Assembly: GCA_050115495.1 (NCBI GenBank)
Contig: JASFQK010000002.1
Location: forward strand, 1-64,000
Origin: Phycisphaerae bacterium
GTDB lineage: Bacteria; Planctomycetota; Phycisphaerae; UBA1845; Fen-1342
DNA length: 64,000 bases
Reading direction: 5' to 3'
Shown here: in pieces, positions 30,025-39,162 of the stretch
Numbering within the stretch: position 1 is the first letter of the stretch
Layout: each line of letters begins with the position of its first letter
The notes under the pieces: model-generated
Databases searched by the model: none
What the model was told of the DNA's origin: nothing
Seen by the model: the letters and a program-made list of their open reading frames with translations, nothing else
Made by a program: the position numbers and the translations under genes

Positions 30025-31845
30025 ATGCTCGACCCAGCCTTGTTCAAGGAAATCGACGTAACCGATGATGAACTGAATCGTCAGTTGCAGGACGCTTTCG
30101 GTGACCAGTCCTGCACGGAGTTCATGGATCAGAGTATCCACGAGCACCTCGGCGAGTTCAGCCCGAACAACATCATCAAAGCGCGTGTGCTCAAGATCGC
30201 CGACCGCGACGTTATCCTCGATGTCGGTCTCAAGAGCGAGGGCATCGTCGGCCTCGAGGAGTGGGACGATTCGTCCCAGGTGGACGTCGGCGACACGGTC
30301 GACGTTCTGGTCGAGGACATTGAGTCCGACACCGGACTGATTCAGGTCTCGAAGCGGCGGGCCGACCGCATCCTCAACTGGCGCCGTATCGTCGAGACCA
30401 CCAAGGAAGGCGACCACACCAAGGGTCGAGTGCTGCGCAAGATCAAGGGCGGCCTGCTGGTCGACATCGGCGTGCCGGTCTTCCTGCCGGCCTCGCAGGT
30501 GGACATCCGCCGGCCGGCGGACATCGGCGAGTTCATCGATCAGGAGATCGAGGCGAAGATCCTGAAGATCGACACCGAACGCCGCAATATCGTCATCTCC
30601 CGGCGCAAGCTGCTCGAGGAGGAGCGGGCCCGGGCGAAGGAGAAGCTGATGGCCGAGATCGAGGTCGGTCAGCTTCGCCGCGGCGTGGTGAAGAACATCG
30701 CCGACTTCGGCGCGTTCGTCGACCTGGGCGGGATCGACGGGCTGCTGCACATCACGGACATGTCCTGGGATCGGATCGAGCACCCCAGCCAGTTGCTCAA
30801 GATCGACCAGGAAATCGAGATCAAGATTCTGAACATCGACCGCGAGCGCGAGAAGATCGCCCTGGGTCTCAAGCAGCGCGAAGAGAACCCGTGGGAGCGC
30901 GTCGCCGTCCGTTACCCGGTCGGGGCCCGGGTCCGTGGCGACGTCGTGAACATCATGAACTACGGCGCCTTCGTGAAGCTCGAGCCGGGCATCGAAGGCC
31001 TGGTGCACATCTCCGAGATGTCCTGGACGCGACGGATCAACCACCCGTCCGAGGTCGTCAACGTCGACGACCAGATTGAGGTGGTCGTCCTCGAGGTCAA
31101 CAAGGACAAGCAGGAGATCTCCCTCGGCATGAAGCAGACGGAGCTCAACCCCTGGACGACCGTCGCCCAGAAGTACCCCACGGGCACCGTCGTCGAGGGC
31201 ACCGTCCGCAACCTCACCAACTACGGCGCGTTCATCGAGATCGAGGAAGGCATCGACGGTCTGCTGCACGTGTCGGACATGAGCTGGACCAAGAAGGTCA
31301 GCCACCCCTCCGAGCTGCTCAAGAAGAACGACCAGGTGCGCTGCGTGGTGCTCTCCGTCGACCAGGAGAAGATGCGCGTCGCCCTCGGCCTCAAGCAGAT
31401 GATGGAGGACCCCTGGCTGCGGGCCATCCCCGAGCGTTACCAGCCCGGCATGGTCATTCGCGGCAAGGTCACGAAGATCACGAACTTCGGCGTCTTCGTC
31501 GAGCTCGAGCCCGATCTCGAGGGTCTGCTGCACGTTTCCGAGCTGGCCGACCACAAGGTCGAGAACCCGCAGGACGTGGTCAAGATCGGCGAAGAGATCG
31601 ACGTCAAGATCCTCCGCGTCGACACGCTCGAGCGGAAGATCGGCCTGTCGAAGAAGCGGGCCGACTGGGCCGGCGAAGGCGACGAGGGCGAACCGGCGGA
31701 GGCTGCCCAGCCGCGCAAGAAACGCCGGGGCGGTCTGCATGGTCCGGGCGACGAGTCCGGCTTGCAGTCCATTAATGACGTTCTGTTCCGAGCCCCCCCT
31801 GAGGGCCGCCCAGCGACGGAGCAGGACACGGAAGACGACGCCTAG
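30025..31845 (+). CDS. rpsA: 30S ribosomal protein S1
   Basis: Repeated S1 domains (FGAFVDLGGIDGLLHITDMSW and similar). Confidence 0.98.
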   Translation: MLDPALFKEIDVTDDELNRQLQDAFGDQSCTEFMDQSIHEHLGEFSPNNIIKARVLKIADRDVILDVGLKSEGIVGLEEWDDSSQVDVGDTVDVLVEDIESDTGLIQVSKRRADRILNWRRIVETTKEGDHTKGRVLRKIKGGLLVDIGVPVFLPASQVDIRRPADIGEFIDQEIEAKILKIDTERRNIVISRRKLLEEERARAKEKLMAEIEVGQLRRGVVKNIADFGAFVDLGGIDGLLHITDMSWDRIEHPSQLLKIDQEIEIKILNIDREREKIALGLKQREENPWERVAVRYPVGARVRGDVVNIMNYGAFVKLEPGIEGLVHISEMSWTRRINHPSEVVNVDDQIEVVVLEVNKDKQEISLGMKQTELNPWTTVAQKYPTGTVVEGTVRNLTNYGAFIEIEEGIDGLLHVSDMSWTKKVSHPSELLKKNDQVRCVVLSVDQEKMRVALGLKQMMEDPWLRAIPERYQPGMVIRGKVTKITNFGVFVELEPDLEGLLHVSELADHKVENPQDVVKIGEEIDVKILRVDTLERKIGLSKKRADWAGEGDEGEPAEAAQPRKKRRGGLHGPGDESGLQSINDVLFRAPPEGRPATEQDTEDDA

Positions 31846-32216
31846 GCTGCCCAGCGGCCTGCGTGGCTGCTCACGATCAAGCGACCACTGCGCGAAAGCG
31901 ACCTTTCGCGCTGTTGGTGTGCGCGGTTCAATGGTGCGCGTGTGCAGGGCGGAACAGGTGTTGGCGCGTACGTGCCTGGGGCCGCGTTTGGTGTGAGACC
32001 GCCGCGCGTTTCAGGGTACGCATCGCGTGTAGCGCATCGTTGGCGATGCGCCTTGGCGAACCTCTCGTGTGCTCGGGCGATCTGGGGCGGGTCGTCCTTC
32101 AGATCGACGGTTCAGGCAACCGACTTCGGGGCATCGTTACTGGTTCCGCTGAATGAGCGGGTCCCCTGCTCCGGCGCGCACACGTCGCGGAAGGTTCCGC
32201 GACTGCGAAGGCACCG

Positions 32217-33416
32217 TTACTTCTTCGCCGGGCGTTCCACGACGGAGACATACTTGTACGGTCGCTTGGACTGCCAGGTTGTGTAGTTCCAGTACTCGTA
32301 CAGGTTATTCTCAGTCGGATCGTGGCAATCGTATATCTTGATTCCGGGCACCTTGCCGTAGATGATGATGCCATTCATGCCGACTTGGTTGTCTACCCGG
32401 ACCCACTGGTTGCCGATCATGACCTCATTGAAGAAGTGGTCGCTGATGTAGTTGCTGTCGGCGGGTATGTTCAACATGCTCAGGTCGTAGTCGCTCTGCA
32501 CCTCGACGATCGTCCCGTCCGTCTCGTAGGAGTACAGCAACGGAATCGTCATGATTGTTCGCTCGGGGATGCCGGCGGCTCGCAGCAGCGCCCCGCGCAG
32601 TGTGGCGGTTGATCCGCAAGCACCACGCGTGCCCAGTCGCCACATCGAATCCGCATAGACCACCGCGGCCTTCACGGCGTCGGTGGTTGTGCAGGACCCG
32701 ACGGGAATGGCATTCTCCATCAGCTCCCCAGTTTCCCCGCGATGGATGTAGAAATGAATTGGCAGGTTGCTCTCGCAACCCAGATCTCGCTCCAGTCTCA
32801 CGTGCCGCGCTTCGCGTAGCAGCTGCAGCACATGTGCCACGGCCTGAGCGTCGGTGGCGCATCCGCGCAGACGCTGGCGGACGTTTCTGCGCATTTCGGG
32901 CGAGTAATTCTTCAAATGCGTCGGAGCAGTATGCTCGCAATGCACCGGCCGATACGCCGCGACATTCATGACCGGCGCTGCATCCGGGTACAGCACGACT
33001 TCCACGCGCGTCACGTCATCCGCCATCTGCTCGACGACGCGAGCGTCCTGATGAAAGTCGTTCATGTCCGGCACGTCGAAGGGCGGCCGTAGATCCACAA
33101 CAGCCCGTATTGTCCGAGCGTACTCAGCCCGTTCATCCCATTGGCCATCCGGCGTTCCGTCGCCGTCACTGTCGGCCAGTCGTGGATTCGTTTGGTACTT
33201 GCGTACCTCCCAGTAGTCGCTGAGCCCGTCCCCGTCCGTGTCCGTCAGTGCCGCGTTGATGCCGAGTTCGGCTTCCATCGCGTCAGGCAGGCCATCATCG
33301 TCGCTGTCCGGCAGGAACTCGATTACGTGCGGTGAGATGTCACCATCGCGGACCACGCATCCCGGCAACACCAGACACAACACTAAAACACAGGTTAGAG
33401 TCCGAGGACTGATCAT
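32217..33416 (-). CDS. Lipoprotein with DxDxDG Ca-binding repeats and a transglutaminase-like domain
   Basis: LPGC lipobox; DSDDDG, DTDGDG, DSDGDG; putative Cys-His-Asp triad GACGS / DHFFNEV / WVRVD. Confidence 0.7.
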   Translation of the reverse strand: MISPRTLTCVLVLCLVLPGCVVRDGDISPHVIEFLPDSDDDGLPDAMEAELGINAALTDTDGDGLSDYWEVRKYQTNPRLADSDGDGTPDGQWDERAEYARTIRAVVDLRPPFDVPDMNDFHQDARVVEQMADDVTRVEVVLYPDAAPVMNVAAYRPVHCEHTAPTHLKNYSPEMRRNVRQRLRGCATDAQAVAHVLQLLREARHVRLERDLGCESNLPIHFYIHRGETGELMENAIPVGSCTTTDAVKAAVVYADSMWRLGTRGACGSTATLRGALLRAAGIPERTIMTIPLLYSYETDGTIVEVQSDYDLSMLNIPADSNYISDHFFNEVMIGNQWVRVDNQVGMNGIIIYGKVPGIKIYDCHDPTENNLYEYWNYTTWQSKRPYKYVSVVERPAKK

Positions 33417-33856
33417 CCCGTATCTCCTGTTTCCTGGATAAGAGCCGACGGTAGGACCCTCTTACCGGCGGGCCGGCCGACGTCGAAACGGAGTGAAGCT
33501 GTTCCTCACGCGGCAACGCAGCCCCGGGTGGACTTGCATGTTCACAGGGGGCAGTATACCAGGATAGTGATGGCCGAGGCAGCTCAAGGACACGTGAGTG
33601 GATTCGCGTTGACGCGGGCGAAAACAGCCCCGCCACAGCGATATCCGCGGCTTCCTGCTCACGAACGTGTCTGAGTGCGTGCTCAAGAACGCACGGTGCT
33701 TCACAACAGGTGCGACGTCATCTGCTTACAAACCGATACAAGTACTTACAAGTAGATACCTGTTCTGCCCTGCTTGCCGCGGGCTGTTACGCCGCCGGAC
33801 TGCAGCAGTGCCAAAGACCACTTCAGCCGGCGTGTCGCACTATCATGAGCAGGTAA

Positions 33857-34363
33857 TCAGTATTCGTCGTATCGAGTGCCCGCCGCATCGGTGACGTCAG
33901 AGTTGAAGGCGACGTCGCCGGTCCGGCAGTTGTATACCCACCCCGCCTCGGTTGCCGACGGCGCGAATCGCGGCGCTCCATCCACGACGCACAGGCCCGT
34001 CCGCCCAAGTCGCGGCGCGACCGGACACGGCGGCATCCCCAGCCGGAGGTACGGTCCCAGGTGATGCTGGGCGTCGCGTTCGGCGCTCACGTGACCGTTT
34101 TCGTCGGTGATCCCCGTCAGTTGGCTGATGACGGCCTCGGCCGTGCCGGCGGCGTTTATGCCGTCGCCAAGCTGGCCCGGATATTCGCCGTGCTCGTAGT
34201 AGTAGAGCTCGACGGCGAAGCGCATGGCGTTGAGGTTCTGGCGCAGATCGTCCTTTTCGTCGTCGCCGGCGGCCTGGGAGAGTTGCGGGACGGCGATGGC
34301 CGCGATGATTCCGATAATCAGGACGACCACGATCAGCTCAATGATGCTGAGGGCGGACTTCAT
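33857..34363 (-). CDS. Type II secretion/type IV pilin-like protein (GspG-like)
   Basis: MKSA|LSIIELIVVVLIIGIIAAIAVP prepilin-type N-terminus, then ELYYYEHGEYP. Confidence 0.85.
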   Translation of the reverse strand: MKSALSIIELIVVVLIIGIIAAIAVPQLSQAAGDDEKDDLRQNLNAMRFAVELYYYEHGEYPGQLGDGINAAGTAEAVISQLTGITDENGHVSAERDAQHHLGPYLRLGMPPCPVAPRLGRTGLCVVDGAPRFAPSATEAGWVYNCRTGDVAFNSDVTDAAGTRYDEY

Positions 34364-34470
34364 CGCTGCGTACCTCGTTGCGTGGCCGTGGCCGACCGGT
34401 GGCGTGGCGGTCGTCTCCGCCGGCGGAGAAACGCTCCGCCGCACACCGTGGCGCAGCCCCGCTGCCCTTC

Positions 34471-34497
34471 TTATCGACCGGTGTGGGGGGGCGCTTG
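34471..34497 (-). promoter_or_regulatory. Putative sigma28-type promoter of the pilin-like gene
   Basis: Minus strand CAAG-N15-GTCGATAA. Confidence 0.6.
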
Positions 34498-34560
34498 TTC
34501 GGGCGGTTCGAGGTGCCGGGATCCGGCCACCGACTCGGCCTCAAGCGACCCGGGATCGCG

Positions 34561-36216
34561 TCAATCCGCGGGGTCTTTCCGCGCCATGAGCTCCGGCGGG
34601 AGCCCTTTCATGAGGTCGGTGGCGACGTCGATGCGCTGCTGACGGGCGTAAGCCAACAGGCCGAGGGCGCGCGTCAGCAACAATTGCGCGTCCTTGGAAC
34701 CGATTGGTGATTCGGCCGAGCCGTTTTCGGTCTCCGCCACATCGTCGTCGGTGGACGCGGAGGGCGTCAGGCCGGCGAGACCGACCCGCACGCACGGCGT
34801 GTTATCGGATTTACAGACCATGCTCACCGTGGGCAGGACATTCTCCGGAACGTCCAGCACCGCCGTCCGCACCGCCTCCATCAGCTTCTCCGCCACCACC
34901 GTGCCCAGGGCGGAATCCAGCTGGCGGAGAATCACGACGAAGTGCTCGTCGCTGAAGCGGCCGGCGATGTCGTCCTGGCGCACTTTCTGGCGCAGGGTGC
35001 GGCTGATGCGGCGGATGGCGGCGTCGCGTTCCACCCAGCGGCCGTTGTCGTCGAGGCCGCGCAGGCCCTCCACAGCGAGCACGAGCATCACCAGCGGCTG
35101 GTGTTCGTTGAGGGCGGTGGCCACGGCCTCCGGGAGGCGGGCCAAGAGCTCGGTGCGGTTGAGCAGGCCGCTTTGTGCGTCCAGACGTCCGTGGCGGGCG
35201 AGCGCCCGCTGGCCACGCACATGGGCCCAGAAAAGCTCCAGTTCGTTGCGGACGGCGTGGGCCATGGACGCCACGCCGGCGCGAACGCTGTCCACACGGT
35301 CGACGGTGATCAGGGCGCAGGTACGCCGATCGGTACGCAGCGGCAGCAGCCAGGCCCAGCGTTGTGCGTCGGCGGGGCCGTCGGCGGCCTCGTCGTCGAC
35401 GCCCGCGGCCAGCTCGGCGATGAGCTCGCCTTGACCGTCGTCGCCTTCGACGTAGACGCGTCCCGTGGCCACGACGTGGCCGATCAGGCCGAGGCGACGC
35501 GAGGGCCACTCTTCCCGCGAGCCGGCGTCGGGACAGACGGGTTCTAGGAGCTCGCCGTCGGCGGAGACGCGGTAGAGCCGCGCACCTTCCGCGCCCAGGC
35601 GAACGCGCAGGGCGTTACGCAGGAAGCCGGCGAATTCCGTCATGTCGGCGACATCGGTGAGGCAGGCCCGGCCTGCTTCCGAATCGGTCCATTCGAACAG
35701 GTCGCCGATCAGGGCGCCGAGCATCTCCTCGGCCAGCACGGTCGGCGCCGCCGGGTCGTCATCGCGGCGAGCCTGGGCCGGGTCCCTCGTGAGAAGAGGC
35801 ACGGGCGGCAGCGGCGGTGGTTCGACCGGTCTTGGAGGCGGCGATGGGCGGTCGAGCGTGAGCACGGCTTCGTTGCGGAGACCGCCGGCCAGGTAACCGA
35901 GCAGGCCGACGACGCCGGTGGCCATGCCGACGAAGGCGAGGACGTTGCCGAGGGGTCCGCTGGCGGCGGAGACAACGAGTCCGAGGGCGGCGGCCAGGCC
36001 GATGCCGGCGCCGAGCGCCAGGCCCGGACGCGGACCGATGCCGCGGGCCAGGATGGCGGCCGCTCCACCGAGCACCAGCAGGGCGCAAAAGACGAGTGCC
36101 GTGGCGTTGTGCACGGCGAACCAGCGCAGCGAGCAACAGACGGCCAGCGCGACGACGACGAGCGCCGCGGCGGCTCCGCGCAGAGTCCGTGACTGCCAGT
36201 GGGGCGCTGCACTCAT
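34561..36216 (-). CDS. Membrane protein with 4 TMs, GAF and a degenerate GGDEF domain (PelD-like architecture)
   Basis: Four hydrophobic helices; GLIGHVVATG GAF; DAQSGLLNR; RQDD I-site five residues before SDEHF. Confidence 0.8.
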   Translation of the reverse strand: MSAAPHWQSRTLRGAAAALVVVALAVCCSLRWFAVHNATALVFCALLVLGGAAAILARGIGPRPGLALGAGIGLAAALGLVVSAASGPLGNVLAFVGMATGVVGLLGYLAGGLRNEAVLTLDRPSPPPRPVEPPPLPPVPLLTRDPAQARRDDDPAAPTVLAEEMLGALIGDLFEWTDSEAGRACLTDVADMTEFAGFLRNALRVRLGAEGARLYRVSADGELLEPVCPDAGSREEWPSRRLGLIGHVVATGRVYVEGDDGQGELIAELAAGVDDEAADGPADAQRWAWLLPLRTDRRTCALITVDRVDSVRAGVASMAHAVRNELELFWAHVRGQRALARHGRLDAQSGLLNRTELLARLPEAVATALNEHQPLVMLVLAVEGLRGLDDNGRWVERDAAIRRISRTLRQKVRQDDIAGRFSDEHFVVILRQLDSALGTVVAEKLMEAVRTAVLDVPENVLPTVSMVCKSDNTPCVRVGLAGLTPSASTDDDVAETENGSAESPIGSKDAQLLLTRALGLLAYARQQRIDVATDLMKGLPPELMARKDPAD

Positions 36217-37478
36217 GCGGGCTCATCCTCCATGATCGCGGGCTCGGGTGAGTTAAGCTGCCGGGCCAGGTCACGGGCGCCGACGGCGTGGACGAAGCGT
36301 CGCTCGAAGTCGCGGCGGTTGGTGCGCACGTAGAGGCAGAGGGCGTCGAGGAAGACGGCGGTGACATGCGGGTCGGTGCCGCGGCCGGCCTCCTGTTCCA
36401 GCATGTCCATGGCCTGGGCCATGGTGTAGCCCTGCCGGTAGGAGCGGGTGGAGGTCAGGGCGTCGAACATGTCCACGACGCGGATGATGCGGGCGTAGAG
36501 CGGGATGTCCTCGCCGTGAAGGCCCTGGGGATAGCCGGTGCCGTCCCAGTTCTCGTGATGGTAGAGGACTGCGTCGAGGGCGGGGCCGAGGCTGGCGACG
36601 GGTTTGAGCATCTCGTAGCCGCGGCGCGGGTGCCGTTTCATCTCTTCGAATTCGCGGGGGCTGAGGCGGCCGGGCTTTTTCAGGATGCGGTCGGAGATAC
36701 CAATCTTGCCGACGTCGTGCAGGATGCCGGCCCATTCGAGGACCTGCATCTGCGAGTCGGGCAGGCCGAGAGCCATGCCGGCCAGGCGGGCCAGCCAGCC
36801 GACGCGCTCGGAGTGGCCGCAGGTGTAGTTGTCTTTGGCGTCGATGGCGTTGGCCAGGGCGCGGACCGTTTCCACGGCCGTCTGCTGGAGGTGGCGCACC
36901 ATCACGACGTTGGCCAGAATGTGTCCGCCGTAGCCGAGCACCGATTCTGCGGCCAGCACGTCACCCGAGTCGAAGGCGGGTACGTCCGGCGGGCGCAGGA
37001 CGATCACGACGGCGGTTTCGGCGTCGAGTTGGCGGAGGGGGGCGAGCAGCACGTGTGGGCGGCCGTCGCCATAGTCCGGCAGGTCCACGGCGCGGGCCAC
37101 GCGGGCGCGGTGCGTGCGGCGGACAAGAGCGATGTCGTGGTTGAGACACTGGCGCAGCTCGGCGCTGTCGACGGTGATCGGCCGACCGACGCCCTCGAGG
37201 GCCTCGATCGGTTGGCAGGTCTGGTCGCTCTCGACGAACATGGCCCCGGCGCCGAGCATCTCGCCGAAGCGGCGCAGCAGGGCTCGCTGGATCGTTGCCG
37301 GGTCGCGCAGGGTGGCGATGTTCTCGGTGATGTCGAAGACGAGATTGAGCTGCTCGTAGCAGCGAAGCAGTTCGAGCCCGAGGGCCTCGTTCTCCTGCCG
37401 CATCTGCTCGGCGAGCACGGCGGCGTCGTCGAGCGACGGCCGGGCAGTGGCGGCGGGATTGACCAGCGGGCGCCTCAT
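36213..37478 (-). CDS. GAF-like plus HD-GYP cyclic-di-GMP phosphodiesterase
   Basis: AIDAKDNYTCGHSERV, LHDVGKIG, HHENWDGTGYP. Confidence 0.92.
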   Translation of the reverse strand: MRRPLVNPAATARPSLDDAAVLAEQMRQENEALGLELLRCYEQLNLVFDITENIATLRDPATIQRALLRRFGEMLGAGAMFVESDQTCQPIEALEGVGRPITVDSAELRQCLNHDIALVRRTHRARVARAVDLPDYGDGRPHVLLAPLRQLDAETAVVIVLRPPDVPAFDSGDVLAAESVLGYGGHILANVVMVRHLQQTAVETVRALANAIDAKDNYTCGHSERVGWLARLAGMALGLPDSQMQVLEWAGILHDVGKIGISDRILKKPGRLSPREFEEMKRHPRRGYEMLKPVASLGPALDAVLYHHENWDGTGYPQGLHGEDIPLYARIIRVVDMFDALTSTRSYRQGYTMAQAMDMLEQEAGRGTDPHVTAVFLDALCLYVRTNRRDFERRFVHAVGARDLARQLNSPEPAIMEDEPA

Positions 37479-37864
37479 GCACGTCCCCCCTCGGGCTGCG
37501 GAGCGACCGTCGTCGCCAGATCGATCTCGCGCAGGAGCTGCGACGGGCTGAAGGGCTTGGGGAAGATGCGGACACGCGGGTCCGGCAACTGGTCCAGCAG
37601 CGCTTGCGGGTCGCAGAGCGAGGTCACCACGAACACGCGACGTAGCGACGGGCAGGTCGCCAGCGCCTTGCGGGTCAGCTCGATACCATTGAGGCAGGGC
37701 ATCATCACGTCGGTCACCAGCATGTCCGTCGGCTCGTTCTGCACGCAGGCCAGGGCCTCGCGGCCGTCGCTCACGCCGACCACTTCGTGCCCGCTCCGGG
37801 CGATCCAGCGCATCAGGACGTGCCGCAGGTATGCCTGATCCTCCGCGATAACGATCCGAGCCAT
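37475..37864 (-). CDS. Single-domain response regulator receiver
   Basis: IVIAED, LVTDVMMP, KPF motifs; overlaps the HD-GYP start. Confidence 0.88.
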   Translation of the reverse strand: MARIVIAEDQAYLRHVLMRWIARSGHEVVGVSDGREALACVQNEPTDMLVTDVMMPCLNGIELTRKALATCPSLRRVFVVTSLCDPQALLDQLPDPRVRIFPKPFSPSQLLREIDLATTVAPQPEGGRA

Positions 37865-37993
37865 CACGCCCTCCCCCGGCAACGGGCAAAACGGCCCGTG
37901 GGCGCTCGCGCGGCGCAAGGCCGCCACAGTTGAGGCTGAGCTTCCGAGAACACTGACGCACACCAACCGTCGGCGAGTCGTCTTTCCCACGTT

Positions 37994-38020
37994 GTATCGA
38001 GTAGGCCGGGGACCCCCTTG
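37994..38020 (-). promoter_or_regulatory. Putative sigma28-type promoter of the c-di-GMP operon
   Basis: Minus strand (G)CAAG-N15-CTCGATAC. Confidence 0.55.
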
Positions 38021-38101
38021 CGCAAGCTGTATGCGGGTGCGGACACCGCTACATACGGGCTGCGTATATGTGACGCTCGCGGTCAGAGTTGTCTGATAAT
38101 C

Positions 38102-39031
38102 TCAGCGGACCGTCCGGAACCACTCGATCGTCCGCCGGAAGCCTTCCCGGCGGTCGACGGTCGGCTCCCAGCCGAGTCGCTCGCGGGCCCGAGAAATGTC
38201 GGGGCAGCGGCGAGCGGGATCGTCGGGGGGACGCGGGGCAAAGGCCACCTGGCTGCTGCTGCCGGTGAGGGCGATGACCTCGCGGGCGGCCTCGAGCATG
38301 GTGATCTCGTGCGGGTTGCCGATGTTGACCGGCTCGGTCACGTCGCTGGCCGCCAGCCGCAGGAGCCCTTCGACGAGGTCGTCGACGTAGCAGAAGCTGC
38401 GCGTCTGGCTGCCGTCCCCGTGGACGGTGAGGGGCTGACCGGCGAGGGCCTGATTGATGAAGTTGGGCAGGGCCCGGCCGTCGTCGCCGCGCATGCGTGG
38501 GCCATAGGTGTTGAAGATGCGGATGAGGCGGGTGCGCACGCCGTGCACGTCACGATAAGCGACGAGCAGCGCCTCGGCGAAGCGTTTGCCCTCGTCGTAG
38601 CAGGAGCGCTGGCCGATCGGGTTCACGTGGCCCCAGTAGCCTTCCTGCTGCGGGTGTTCGAGCGGATCGCCGTAGACCTCGCTGGTGCTGGCGTGCAGGA
38701 TGGTGGCGCCGCACGCGCGGGCCAGTTCGGCCAGGCGGCGGACGCCGGTGGAGCAGACTTCGAGGATGGCCAGGCGGCGCGGGCCGAAATCGACGGGCGA
38801 AGCCGGGCAGGCGAGGTCGCAGATCAGATCGAGGGGGCCCTCGACGGGGAGGGGATTCGTGATATCGTGTTCGGTGAAATGGAAGCGCGGCTCCGCGCGC
38901 AGGTCGTCGATGTTCCGCCGGCTGCCGCTGCTGAAGTTGTCGAGGCCGACAACGTCATGTCCCTCGGCGAGCAGGCGGGCCGTGAGATGGTAGCCGATGA
39001 ACCCCGCGCAACCGGTCACGAGAACGCGCAT
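38102..39031 (-). CDS. UDP-glucuronic acid decarboxylase (UXS-like) SDR
   Basis: VTGCAGFIG, LACPASP, STSEVYGDP, CYDEGKR, RIFNTYGPRM. Confidence 0.93.
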   Translation of the reverse strand: MRVLVTGCAGFIGYHLTARLLAEGHDVVGLDNFSSGSRRNIDDLRAEPRFHFTEHDITNPLPVEGPLDLICDLACPASPVDFGPRRLAILEVCSTGVRRLAELARACGATILHASTSEVYGDPLEHPQQEGYWGHVNPIGQRSCYDEGKRFAEALLVAYRDVHGVRTRLIRIFNTYGPRMRGDDGRALPNFINQALAGQPLTVHGDGSQTRSFCYVDDLVEGLLRLAASDVTEPVNIGNPHEITMLEAAREVIALTGSSSQVAFAPRPPDDPARRCPDISRARERLGWEPTVDRREGFRRTIEWFRTVR

Positions 39032-39162
39032 AGCCAACCTCCAGGCCGGGTGGGAGCGATCGGCGGCGCGTGAGTCCGCGCCGGCCGCGAAGGGCGATTA
39101 TAGCGAGCTACGCCGGTAGACACGACGGCCGGCCCGGCAGCGGCATGTGACAGGAGCAGAGC

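Noticed and set aside
36213..37961. Apparent 582-aa HD-GYP, or a receiver/HD-GYP frameshift fusion
   Set aside because: The receiver stop overlaps an ATG at 37478 with an RBS-like GAGGGGG; this is ordinary translational coupling
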